From NCBI GenBank assembly GCA_053919585.1, contig CM132800.1: 64,000 bases of DNA. One strand, 5' to 3'. This document shows positions 1-11,759 of this stretch, in pieces (position 1 is the first letter of the stretch; each line of letters opens with the position of its first letter). This DNA is from Euprymna scolopes (lineage: Eukaryota). The notes under the pieces were generated by a model. The model ran no database searches. It had not been told where the DNA came from and saw only the letters and a program-made list of their open reading frames with translations. Made by a program: the position numbers and the translations under genes.

Positions 1-1772
1 GACAAGTCCTTTCTAGCAGCTCCTGCCCAGATGTGGCAACAGTATTCCATCCTTGGACGTGCCTGGCTCTTATATAGATAAAGAATTGTATCAGCAGTGA
101 GATATCTACCGGATCGATAGAAAGATCCCACCATTTTTCCAGCGGCCTTGGCAACAGATTTGATGTACGTGTTCCATTTAAGATCAGGAGTAATGGTCAA
201 GCCCAGAAGCTTGTCAAAACTTGAGGCCTCCTGAAGACGAGAGCCATTCATTTCAATTGATGCCAGATAGGGATCAGAATGTTGATGATGTAAAAAGAGA
301 AGCTTGGTTTTAGATGCATTAAAAGTAACCAGCCACTCCTTTCCCCATTGTACTATGTGCTCAAGATCAGAGGAGAGAGAATCAGAGAGAACTTAGTCAT
401 TTACTGTCTTAGATGTGCTACCATAAATGGTAGTGTCGTCAGCATAAATGTCTACAAATGATGTAAGGATGTGATTTGGTAGATCATTAATGTAGATCAG
501 GAAAAGAGTTGGGCCCAGAATGGACCCCTGAGGGACACCAGCATTAATACTGTGAGCTTCTGATTTTTGCCCCTCAACTACTACTCTTATGAACCTATCA
601 GAAAGAAATGATTTAATAATTGAGAAGACATTTCCAGCTATACCATAGCTAGAGATCTTGTGAAGTAAACCTTTATGCCATACCCTATCAAAGGCCTTAG
701 ATATGTCAAGAGCAATTGCCCTAGAAAGGTTGCCTCCATCGAGAGATTTTCTAATCCTATGAGATATAACTCTAAGCACATCTGCTGTAGATCTAGGAGA
801 ACGGAAACCATATTGAGTGTCACTAAGAAGGTTATTTTTGTTGAGATGGTTGATTACTTCTGTATTTAACACAGATTCCAGCAACTTACTCATGACGCAC
901 AGGAGACTTATTGGCCTCTACTGAGAGGAGGATGAGCGATCACCTGAATTCTTAAATACAGGGCATACTGATAAAATTTTCCAGGATGATGGGAAGCTAT
1001 TCTCCTTAAGACAACGTTTAAATAGTTTTGTAAGAATGGGCGTTAGTTCAGGTTGAAGTTTTTTTAGTACTATAATTGGAATACCGTCAGGGCCAGTTGC
1101 TTTACTGGAATCAAGGTTTTTGATTAGCTTGGCAACATCACGTACAGATATTTGTATATCACATAGTGTGTTTTCTGATACAGGCGGAAATATTGGGGGT
1201 TGACGGCCTTGGTCGCAAAGGGTAGAATTAGCTGCAAAGTTCTTGGAAAAGAGTTTGGCCTTGTCTGATGCTGACGAGATTACCTCAGGTCCATTGATGA
1301 TAGTTGGGATAGAGCACATGCTTCTGTTCAGGATTCTGTTTGCTATTTGCCAAAACTGGTGGGAACCAAGCCATTGCTCAGCTACTTTGGACTTGACGGA
1401 TTGAGCATACAACTCTCTTGCGTTCTTTATTACTTTCTTGCAATGGTTGCTGGCAGTCCTGAAAGCAGCTTTAGTTTCCATACATCTATTACGTTAGAAG
1501 CAGTGGAAAAAGTGATTTCTGTGCGCAATGGCAGCAGCACATTCTGGAGAGAACCATGGCTGGCTGTTAGGTTTTTGCTGAAACTTTTTCGAGGGTATGA
1601 AACGATCAATACCTACAATTAACCATTCCATCAGGTCTGATACTATAGAGGATACATCCTTTTTAAACATGGAACGCAGAGATAGATCCGATATAAATGT
1701 ACGGAAGCTATCCCAGTCAGCCTTAGTGTATCGATATACTGTACGATGGAGAGGTACGTCTGGGGACTTAAT
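1..1772 (-). mobile_element. CR1/L2-group LINE, 5'-truncated and stop-disrupted ORF2 (RT); runs off the left edge
   Basis: ORFs 1494-1814, 918-1481 and 393-893 are consecutive pieces of one ORF2: [44 protein letters not shown]. Confidence 0.92.
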
Positions 1773-2719
1773 ACATTTCATTTTGCATATATTATTATCA
1801 TCTAAATTTAACATAAACTAATCACCTATTTTTATGCCAGAAATTTCTAACTGAATAGCATTTAAGAGTATATAACTGCACGTAAAATCAGGAACAAGCA
1901 ATAGAAAGGGAATGAGTTGGCCTGGCACCACCTACTTCCGGAAGAGAGAGACTCCTTTGTTCAAAAACAGGTTGCTCAAAACAATTTAGTTTCAACACAT
2001 TGAGTATTGAACAGTTCGATAGAATCAGTTTATGTTAGATACAAAAAGTCTCAGTTCTCGGTAAGAAGGACACAGTTTCCGGTGAAGACAACAATATCTC
2101 AAAGTCCTGGTGTCTATAAAGAAAGATGAAGAAGGAAAGCCCACTCCTCACAAATTTGTTGGTTCGTTACAGAAACAATCGCCTCAAAACTCCTCTGATC
2201 TTTGCACTCAATGACAACAACACCTTGTAATTCGCTACAGACCATCTTCCAAGTGGTCTCCCGCTGTCACCTTTATGCTAGCGAACGCCAACCAAGTTTG
2301 CTTGCATACGGCCAAGTTCATCTCTTGCCAATCCTCACAACTATGAGATCACGTTTCCCATAAGACTGACTCACCATAATAGTGGTGTTTCTTCCTGCAG
2401 ATCAATTACTGCCCTACATGCCAGACACAAACAAACCCTCTTATGTCGAGAGCTAAGGTTAGTCTCACTTTCATGTCCACAATAACAAAGAGAATCTATC
2501 TCCCCCCCCCCCAAGAAAAATAAGATTCTACTTTTTGAGGGGATTAAACACCTTGAAAAATTAAATTACCGGTTAAAATTAAAAAAAAAAGGATTAAGAA
2601 TAGGAGATCATCTTCTAAATTTGGGTCAGAAGTTTCTAACTAGATAACGTTTTAAAGACATATAACAAATCATAGTGACTGCTAGTGGTGGAAATCGAGT
2701 AGATTTAAATTATTTAAAA

Positions 2720-2945
2720 GGATAGCTCAACAGGAACTTGTTCACATTGGACTTGAAACGAATATGTTGTAGTCAGCTGGAAAACATCCCAGAAGAACAG
2801 AGTTCCACAGTCTGGTAGTTCTATGAAAGAAGCTTTGTTCATGGAATTTGCATTTAGATTAAGGTACAGATAGAGAGTGGTTGTAAATAGACGAGTGCTT
2901 TTTGTGAAAGTTTGGTGGGGGGGGATTGAAGTTCAGACGAGCACT
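2720..2945 (-). mobile_element. 3'-end fragment of the same LINE group
   Basis: Nucleotide similarity to the ORF2 C-terminus at 17530-17700 (ttgtagtca..gagttccacagtc..ttcatggaat). Confidence 0.75.
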
Positions 2946-3199
2946 TTTTTTTTGCCAAGGTGATTGACAATTTCCCTTGGAACTAATTACTGATTTATTT
3001 TAATTCTGTTTTAATATAATAATCATATTTATTTACCTTGTGATGCTGTTATTAATAATTCAAATCAAAAGAGTTCCTTTTTGTTTGACAGCTTGAATAT
3101 GGAATTAAATTTTTTTTATAAATATTTTAGAAATACTTTTGTACGTTAAAACGTTCCTTATGCTAAACTGAAACAGAAAATATACAGTTTAATTGTATA

Positions 3200-3854
3200 T
3201 AGGATGGAACGATAAAATTGTTGCCATAGAAAAACTACATGATTCCATTTCCGTTTGATGAAAACCAGTTTTCTTCTCTTGTTGCAATGCATCAGACGAC
3301 CCACGCTTATGGTCTTTGGTGTGGTTTCAAGTGAGGGCCACATCATGCCACCTCACATCTTCAAAGTCGGCTTAAAAGTCAACACCAAAGTGTACCTGGA
3401 TGTGCTAAAGAGTGTGGTGATCCCCTGGTGCAATCAGGTAGTCGCTGGCAGAGCCTGGGTTTAGCAGCAGGACTCGGTGCCAGCCCATAAGTCCAAAGAG
3501 ACCCAGGTGTGGCGTCAGAAGGAGTTCTACAACTTTATACTCTTCTTTCACTGCCCCCTTCCTCCTCTGACCTGAACCTACTTCCTTTGGTAATACGTCT
3601 AAAATATCACCAATATGACCTCCCACATCACCAAAGCCAGCCTGATCGCCGCCATCACTGAGCTCCTGCCGGCGCTTGTGGAAAAGGCATACTCCCAGTT
3701 CCAGACTTGTATCAAAGCATAATTGAGGCTCAAGGTGGCTACATTGAATTTATGTCAGCTCTATTACATAATGAATTGATTTTTTCAATAAAAGTTTTAA
3801 AATAAAACTGTAATGTTGTTTTCTTTAAGGCGACAATTTTATCATTCCACCCTG
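3200..3854 (+). mobile_element. Internally deleted Tc1/mariner (maT/DD37D-like) DNA transposon
   Basis: Imperfect 26-bp TIRs (TAGGATGGAACGATAAAATTGTTGCC versus CAGGGTGGAATGATAAAATTGTCGCC on the - strand), TA at both flanks; MVFGVVSSEG..KVNTKVYLDVL..W*QQDSVPAH. Confidence 0.85.
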
Positions 3855-4073
3855 TAAATGCATGCGTGTGCACACACACACACACACACACACTTTCATC
3901 CACTCTCTATGATAGTCAGTTGTTGTCTTTCTAGGTCCAGTTCACAAGTAAAATTTTTCTGTTGTGAGGGACATTCTGAAGATCTCCAACCTGACATTTA
4001 AATAAGTGGTAGACAAAGCAGTGATAGTCCATAAAGTCCTCAGCTTTTTAGTGAGGCACAGGCTACATTGTTT

Positions 4074-4420
4074 GTTTGTTTGTTTGTTTGTTTTTGTTTT
4101 ACGGCATATCAACCCTTTTCGGGTTATTTAATGCCGAATCCAAAGATTTTGAAGAAAAATTTTTTTAATAGAGTATATTTGTTGTTTTCACGTCGGTTTC
4201 TATTTAACCCATAGTTGGGACCCTAACAGGTACTACCACTCCGGGTCAGAGTGGACCTGGGAGCAATGGTAATTAAAGGGTGGCTCCACACTCCCCAAAG
4301 CCCACAAGCTGGGGTCTCACCACTGGATATAGTTTAAGGTCATATCCAGGACCCCCATTGAGGGACTTTTACCCTCTGCAGGGGGGCAGTCGGCGTATTC
4401 TAATGCCCCACCGACAGGGA
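4074..4420 (-). mobile_element. SINE with (AAAC)n tail and 17-bp TSD; central domain resembles RUDI/V-SINE (from memory, unverified)
   Basis: TSD CACAGGCTACATTGTTT at 4057-4073 and 4421-4437; (GTTT)n tail; core CCCAGGTCCACTCTGACCCGGAGTGGTAGTACCTGTTAGGGTCCC on the - strand. Confidence 0.85.
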
Positions 4421-4636
4421 CACAGGCTACATTGTTTTTTAATTTAGAGTATATGATTCCTAGTGTTCCAGTATTTTTATTTGGTTACATATGGCATATC
4501 ATAGTCTTTTAAATCACATGTTCGTCCAGTAAATGTCTAAAGCAGGCATTGTATATTTAAAACCATTACTTAAATTCACTTCAGTCATCCCGGCATATAT
4601 TTTAAACGAATTTCATACAGCACCTTCCTTCTAGAG

Positions 4637-4765
4637 CAGTGGTTCCCAACCTTTTTTACATGGCGGCACACTATTGAGTTTATTTAAACTTTTGCGGCAC
4701 ACCTATCATAGAAAATTACTATTTTATACTCATAAAGCCTTTTTGCAATGAAATTTAAAAAAAAA
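4637..4765 (+). mobile_element. Left end of a hAT (Charlie/Buster-type) non-autonomous element
   Basis: CAGTGGTTCCCAACCTTTTT terminus preceded by TTCTAGAG (NTCTAGAN-type target); no right end seen. Confidence 0.6.
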
Positions 4766-5215
4766 CAGGTACACTTTAGTGTTGACTTTTAAGCCGGCTT
4801 TGAAGATGTGAGGTGGCATGATGTGGCCCTCACTTGAAACCACATCAAAGACCATAACCGTGGGTCGTCTGATGCATTGATCTGTACCCTCAAGCGTTGA
4901 ACCATCCAGATTTGCATTTTGAGGGTGCTGGCAATGGTCCTGTTGTCATAACTTGGATTGGTAGAGAGCATGAGTTGTACAGTGGTGCATCTCTCATCTT
5001 GCTCGTTGAATATTGTGTCACTTTCAGACATGATAGAAGGCTTCTGTCATTCTTGGATTTGTACACAACTGGCCAAATAGTTGATGGCCTGCAACAAAAT
5101 AAACAAAAGATATCGTTTGTCAATTGTCATCAGCTGCTATTTCATTGGCTAAGCATTTCAGCACCTTCCGTCAGTTTACATAACCTGCTCAGAATATGCC
5201 GATAATAAGGCGGTC
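4766..5215 (-). mobile_element. Second deleted copy of the maT-like transposon, inverted relative to 3200-3854
   Basis: 4766-4880 is the reverse complement of about 3287-3400; upstream N-terminal HTH-like peptide NRTIASTLKMQIWMVQRLR. Confidence 0.8.
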
Positions 5216-6968
5216 TGCAATTTGCATAAGTACTCTATCAAAAATATCAAAAGTTGATATAAAAAAAATTAGTGTGTAGGATGTCTATTTAAATTAATTT
5301 TTTCATAGATAACATATGCATGTATCTCAGCATTGTTTATACTAACATAATTTATTGTGCTATCATAATTAAATATTTAATTTAGGAAGATTATTTAATA
5401 TACTGTTATTTAAATTGCCTTGTGGATGAGATTCTATCATTATCTCCGTTGAGACAGACATTAGGTTTTTGGACTTTTTTGTTTCATTTTACCTCAGTTG
5501 TTCTCAGAAATCAAGGGAGCTAACTCTTGAATTCTATATGAGATACATACATTTGGAACTAACGCTCGGTCTCTATATGAGATACATAGATATTCAATTA
5601 TTTCAGTAAATTTTTCCTTTACATTTCAAATACTGAGTCACTAACGAAGTTGAGAACATAATTTTGCAACGTTCTGGTTGAGGAGATTTTCTATCTGGTG
5701 ATGATTATATCTTATTTATTATTCATATCTGTATTTGTATGTGAGTCTCTTATTTAATGTGTGCGCCATGATCGTCTGTCAATGTATGTATGTCTATGGG
5801 TGTGGTCATGTCCCATCTAGTGTGTGTGTAAATGTATTTCGATAAAGTCACCATACCTCTTTTTTCTGTCTCTTGGTCTTCTTTGGGGATACTTTCCTTG
5901 CCGTCACTGGTTGATGCTGGAAGAGATGTTTGACAAAGGACATAACACAGATCTCTCGCATGGCTTCTTTATTTCCTAATAAGTGAATGGGGTTGGAAGC
6001 ATCGCATTGTCGACCACTCAAACTTTCTTATGCTTCTTTCTTTTCCGACTCAGTCTGAGTCCTGAAATCAGGAGGCAACCTCTCATGTCCGTCTCACACA
6101 AAATCAGAAGGCAGACTCTTTTTTCATGCAAACGAAAAATATCATTTTTCTGTCTTTTTTCTTCATGCATTGTTTTTTTTTTTTTTTTTCACACAAACTC
6201 AAATATCTCGGTTGTCATCGCTGACCCTAGCTACCATGTTTGACATACGTCAACCATAACCCCTTGAACTGTTTTTGCACTAACCAACCTGTCAGCAACT
6301 CCAATTTCCAACATGCCGGCATAACCCGAGATATATATCAATTTTCCTCTTCCCCAATTGACCATTTAAGTATGCTATAGTATGTCTTTCTTGTCGTTTC
6401 TTGGTTTTACTGGATTTCAGAGCAAGAATTCCTTTATTCTGGTGGAGTATCTAGCTTCGTACTGTTACTTGATGTAGCATCACTTGGAGAAGGTGCACCA
6501 TTCCTTGTAAAAGCCAGTATGGGTTAGTCATACTGAGGAGATCTTATTTGAGCTGCGAATACCATGTTATTTTGAATATATTAGTCCGGGTTTACTTGTA
6601 GGGAAATGCATCCTCGTGCCAGGTTATTCTGACAAAACCCTGTACAGAGAGCTCTTAACCACTCAAGGATAGTATATAGTAGGCATTCAAGTTATTTGTT
6701 TGTCACTATGGTTATATAAAGCCTGGCACCCACATCATTTGACCAATTGTTACCAAATTTGATAACAATAGCGGACATGGTCTAACTTAGAACTGATTTA
6801 ATTTTGGGATATCTGTCATAAGTGAAAAGGTGAAAATCTCTCTTTTAGCAACAACTTCAATTTTGTTCATCGTAGGGAATTGGATTTTTTTTTTTTTAAT
6901 TTGATGAATGATCTAATACTCTCTGATAGCAGTAACCACCATACAAGATTTCATTCTGATAAGATAAA

Positions 6969-7420
6969 TATTTTGTCACTCATGCACTAGTGTGAAGGTG
7001 CAACTTTTGGTTTTCACTTGGGACATTTGGAGAGTGCGTAGCAGAGGCAGACAAGTGTACATCAGGGGGCTGACAACTCTGTTTTATGTTATAGGTTTCT
7101 TATATTTATTTTAATTCAATAAATGTGTAACAAAAACTTTCTCAACAAAAAAAACATGCATTCGAAAATTTCAGAATTTTGGCATTGTCACAAAAATAAC
7201 ATTTTTAGTCTTTAATTTTTGTTAAAAAACAACTGCATTTTGTGTTATTATAATTTATTAAATCTATTTAAAAAAAAACAAAAAAACATGCATTTATTGT
7301 TGTGAGATTTTCGATTTGATCTTTAAATTGCATTTGTCTACCCCTGCTATGCACTCTCTAAATGTCCCAACTGAAAACCAAATAAGTTGTACCTTTGCAC
7401 TAATGCATAAGTGCCAAAAT
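6969..7420. mobile_element. MITE with about 90-bp imperfect TIRs
   Basis: 6969-7058 is the reverse complement of 7331-7420 (ggttttcacttgggacatttggagagtgc / gcactctctaaatgtcccaactgaaaacc). Confidence 0.75.
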
Positions 7421-7479
7421 CTTTTGAGTTATCAATGCTTCCGTAGTATATCTTCTGGAATATTTATTACAATATGAAG

Positions 7480-8090
7480 AAGTAAAGAGTAAATAAGATT
7501 TTGGTCTATCCTTATGTTGTCAGGTAGAGGTATGCAATCTCACCACTTGTTTTTGTTCATATACTTTCTACTATCAGACCATGTATGGAGTACTGTTGTC
7601 ATATTTAAGTTGGTGAATCTCTACTCCATTTGAAGGTTATTGATAAATTACAGAAATGTATCTGTAATTTGATTGGCCTCCCTTAAACTTTCTTCTTCAC
7701 TGCAATCTCTCTCTCAGAGACGTGATGTTGCTAATCTCAGTCTTTTTTTTATAAATACTATTATGGCATGCGTTCTTCAGAATTGCCTAATCTATTCCTT
7801 GCTTCCTTTATTTTAGCTTGTTTAACTCATTAATTTAGTGGTCTCCATCAATTTGCTGTTTTAATACCTCATTGTAATACAGCTTCCTATTCCAGTAGCT
7901 TCTTTCCAATAACTGCTAAGTTGTGGAACTCTGTTCCTGCTCACTTTTTTTCCCCCGACCTACAGCCTCGGTCTTTTCAAGACTAAAGTCAATAGGCATC
8001 TTTTATATTGTGATAACTACTTTTTGTTTTTGTTAGCTCCTTACATTAAATGGCTTCATGCTTTGTCTGAAGCAACTTTCGTTAAAAAAA
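7480..8090 (+). mobile_element. Decayed 3' fragment of a CR1/L2-group LINE (different subfamily)
   Basis: IRPCMEYCCHI, SLQSLSQRRDVA and LWNSVP-like peptides with stops; A-rich end. Confidence 0.8.
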
Positions 8091-8374
8091 TATACTTGGT
8101 TTGAAAAAAAAAATGTTAACAAATCTTCAATCGTTGTTTGGTAGGATTTTAAACTAATAAGATCTAGGTCATTAATTTTTTTTTTTTCAGAGTTCAACAG
8201 ATTTTTTTAAAATAAAATAAAATGAAAGTCAAAGAATTGTGGCATTGGAATTTAACAGAAATTATCGGTATGTGTCTAGTAGAACATATGTTTTGTTTTA
8301 AGTAAGTTTGGATAGGTTAAAAGTGCTTGATTGGAAAGGATTTTGTGACAAATAAAAATCACAATACTGTTTCC

Positions 8375-8827
8375 ATTATTTGGATTCGTCAGACAACTAT
8401 TCTCATCTTGGATGTTATTCTCAAATTTGTCAAACTTGGGATCTTTATGTCAAACTCGGGAATCTGTATGACATTTCGAACTAAGCCCTTTTATTGAATT
8501 CACGAAAGTAGATTGTAAGTATTCTTAAAGATTTTAGATTCTTAGTTAGTATCGTCTGGAGTGAGGATTGAACCTTCGACCTCCTGAAGCTTTTCATATA
8601 AAACTGATTACTATTTGGCACCTGAATTATTTACGTTAAGACTTCTACCCGGTTATGGTTAACGGAATGAGAACAATTTACTTCTGTGGATTAAATAAAA
8701 GGTTCAGTTTGAAATTTCGTACAAGTTCCTGAAATTCTACATAAAGATTTCTCAGTTCAATAAGATACACCTGAAAAAGGTTGGAAGTTACATTGACTGG
8801 AACGTTTTGAAAATAAAATTCAAGATT
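8375..8827 (-). mobile_element. tRNA-headed SINE with hammerhead-like tail plus inverted 3' segment (copy 1)
   Basis: B-box-like GGTTCAATCC at 8565-8574 (-); the 8640-8827 arm is inverted relative to 8375-8510 and contains CACCTGAAAAAGGTTGG..GGAACGTT. Confidence 0.7.
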
Positions 8828-8832
8828 TTTTT

Positions 8833-8985
8833 TTATGGAAATCGCCCGAGACAAGACATGAAGCCAGTTGATGTAAAGAGCTAAAAAAATACTACTTCAA
8901 GGTCAAAAACTAACAAAGAATAAGTGTTAGATGGATAGATTCCGACCCAGAAAACAGCAATTCTTTCCCTTATGTCACAAACATC
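8833..8985 (+). repeat. Interspersed repeat, possibly an RTE-like 3' end; inverted copy at 14890-15040
   Basis: About 150-bp similarity (gatggatagattccgacccagaaaacagcaattc); weak EIARDK peptide. Confidence 0.55.
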
Positions 8986-9339
8986 GTTCACGGAATGTGA
9001 GGACTAAAAGATAAATTAAGAAAATGTTAAGGAAAGCGTTAAAAGTATACCCGAGGTCAAAATGATTTTAGAATTAGCCTTTTAAAAACTTTAAGATTAC
9101 TTTTTTAATTTATCATTGTCACAGAAAACCAGAAACGATGTTAGTGATTACTTTGTAGTTGTCGACATTCGAGAGTGATTTTGAAGTATTTAAACTGGCA
9201 GGTAGAAAGTAATTTCTGTCTAAAATTAAAGTTTATAAGCAACAGTCAAGTATTATGGTTTACTTGTGTTCGTCGTTATTTTTCAACCACTGCCCTATTG
9301 TAGAAATGATGAAATTAGAAGAATTTTAACAATAAAAAT

Positions 9340-9853
9340 GAATTATTTGGATTATTCAGACAACTGTTCTTTTCACAAGTGTTATTTTTACAAGGTTTCA
9401 GCCGATGTAATCTCCAACCTTCAGGTGCATCTTGTTAAACTCGGGAATCCTTCTATCAAACTAGGAATCTGTATTTCAATCAGAACCCTTTATTTAATCG
9501 ATAGATGTAGCATCCTTTGATTTCATCAATCATGACTAGCTAGAAATTTTAAATAATTCGCAACCGTATTCTTAGCATTGCCTGCACTGAGGATTGAATC
9601 TTCAACCTCCAGAAGTATAACTTTTACAACTGAATTTTACCAAGTACTTTATCCACTGCACCACAGGTTTGTGGATTAAATAAAGAGTTCCATTCGAAAT
9701 TCTGTGCAGATTCCCGAGTTCGATGAGATACATCTGAAGAAAGTCGAAACTTACATCAACCGAAACGTTTTGGAAATAACACTTAAGATGAGAACAGTAG
9801 TCAGAAGAATTCAAATAATATGAATAATCAATCCTCATCTCAAAAATTTAGAA
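9340..9853 (-). mobile_element. tRNA-headed SINE with hammerhead-like tail plus inverted 3' segment (copy 2, best preserved)
   Basis: A box TGGTGCAGTGG at 9653-9663 (-), B-box-like at 9591-9600 (-); 9340-9500 is inverted to 9670-9820; CTGAAGA at 9734-9740 and GAAAC at 9762-9766. Confidence 0.78.
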
Positions 9854-10345
9854 ATGGAACATTTTTTTATTTAATTACAGTTGAGTCACCAGTTATCAAC
9901 ATGCACCCCAGTTTCTGCTTCCAAATTACCGGACGAAATTCCTCTTTGGAAATGTCCGATGAAGTTTCCAAATCCAAATTATTGGACAATCCATCTTTAA
10001 ATTCATGATTCCATTACTTTCCTCATAATTATCCATAGCTGTTGAATGGTCTGCCTCTAAAGCAGGATGAAGATCATATATGTAACATGGGCTTTTTTAA
10101 AAAATTGGAAAACCTTACTCAAAAATTTATGTTTAAAACGTCATATCACAAAATATTGAAATCTTATTCTATTTAAATCTTTTAAAAATTAATTTTTTTT
10201 TAGAATTCTGTTTTTTTTTTGTTGTAATTTAACTGATTCTAATATATATTATTGCAAAAAAAAAAAAACATTGATTTAAAACATAATAACACTGATTTTA
10301 TGTCCATTTTTTATTTACAACTTCAAGTAAGTGAAAAAATGATGG

Positions 10346-10348
<3 letters not shown>

Positions 10349-10413
<65 letters not shown>
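10349..10413. repeat. (TA)n microsatellite
   Basis: Direct reading. Other (TA)n/(CA)n tracts at about 3870, 19693, 20556, 21000, 31094, 31180, 32377 and 44861. Confidence 0.98.
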
Positions 10414-10418
<5 letters not shown>

Positions 10419-10869
10419 AATAACTATTTTTTAATTATTTCTTCAGCTTTAAAAAATGTTTCAATTTTTATGGACCTAAGTTTATTTTGTTTAGTTTTCG
10501 TAACATGAAATATGGAACACCTAAAAAAAATATTTTGCCTACAATATTTGAGGAAATCTGCTTTTAAAATATAAGTTAATTTAAAATTGAATATATATCG
10601 GAAATTTCATGAAAATCTAACCATTAGTTGATTTTTACTAGATTTTTTAAACATGGGTGTGTTTACGGCTTCAAAACGATCACTACATAGGAATGTTGTT
10701 TTTAAAGTGTCAATAACGTAAACACGATTTTAGTCTCGCATTTTTATTATTTTCATATGCTGCAAAAATCTTTTTTTTAATTATAGCAAGTTTGTTTGAA
10801 GCTTCTTCCTTTAAATGGCTTAAAAATTATGATAATATTAAATTAAATTATAGTTCCATCGTTACATAT

Positions 10870-11300
10870 AGTGGGGGGTATGTCTGTGTCTAGCGTTGGA
10901 AGTACCTACTGATCCAACTACACCGGAAATAGCATATGCATTCCTGCCTTTTGCCCTTACAATTCTTTGGAATGTGAACACTCTGCCCACTCCAGAAGCA
11001 ATTGATTTTGACATGTAAGTCCCACCTCTGCTGATCTTTAAGGTCATCATGAGTCGACTGCACAGCCATTACAACATTCTTCCTGAGTTCTGTTCATCCC
11101 CGATGATGCCTCATGTATGCTCAAGTAGCTGTTCAATTGGCATCGCCTCAATGCTTAGGGATGTATATGAAAATCTGTTTAGGCAACCCTCTAAACAGAA
11201 TGGCCAGCTTTTTTGATGCCACAAAGAAGACATCCACTGTAGTCTCCGGATGGTAAAAAGTTCATAGACTGTATAAAAAGCCATCTTATTTAACCCTGCA
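10870..11300 (-). mobile_element. Degenerate gag fragment of a Gypsy-like LTR element related to the one at 22.9-25.4 kb
   Basis: Manual translation gives HPETTVDVFFVASKKLAILFRGLP and decayed zinc knuckles CFWSGQSVHIPKNC..CYFRC. Confidence 0.5.
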
Positions 11301-11759
11301 TCAAGTCAAGCAAACACAAAAAGTCTATTAACAAAAGTATGTTACAGAAGTACACATCATGATTCGGGGGTGGGGATGGGGTGGGGGCATAACTCCACGA
11401 ATCGTTAATATCTATTAGCAAAATATTTAATAGAAAAAAGTATCAAATAAAAATACCGAATGTGGCACAAGGTAAAATAAAGGGGGATAGGAGTTAATGT
11501 TGACCTATCTAACATTTATTTAACATAACTAGTCTCTTTCACCATAATACTAGTATCACTACATGAATAACCTACTTAAAATCTGAAATAAGAATATATA
11601 TACACATGATGTAGGAAGTTGGGGAACATTTAATATAAACATTTTATATACAAAAAAATTAAAAAAAAAAACAATGGAAAATTTACGATAAAATATTGTA
11701 TGTTAGGAAATGTGCCAGATAAGCAGATTTGCCAATCAAAAAAAGATGCATGTCCGCTA

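Noticed and set aside
4195-4235. Pistol or twister ribozyme-like words in the SINE (GTTAGGG..GTTAAATAG on the - strand)
   Set aside because: The required P1 and pseudoknot partners are missing; probably coincidental.
5850-6245. PBS-like TGGTAGCTAGGG (-) with a possible gag remnant
   Set aside because: No LTR or protein motif could be supported.
9565-9670. Functional tRNA genes (also 19040-19140 and 8550-8640)
   Set aside because: Only A/B-box-like motifs, no convincing cloverleaf, and embedded in a dispersed repeat.
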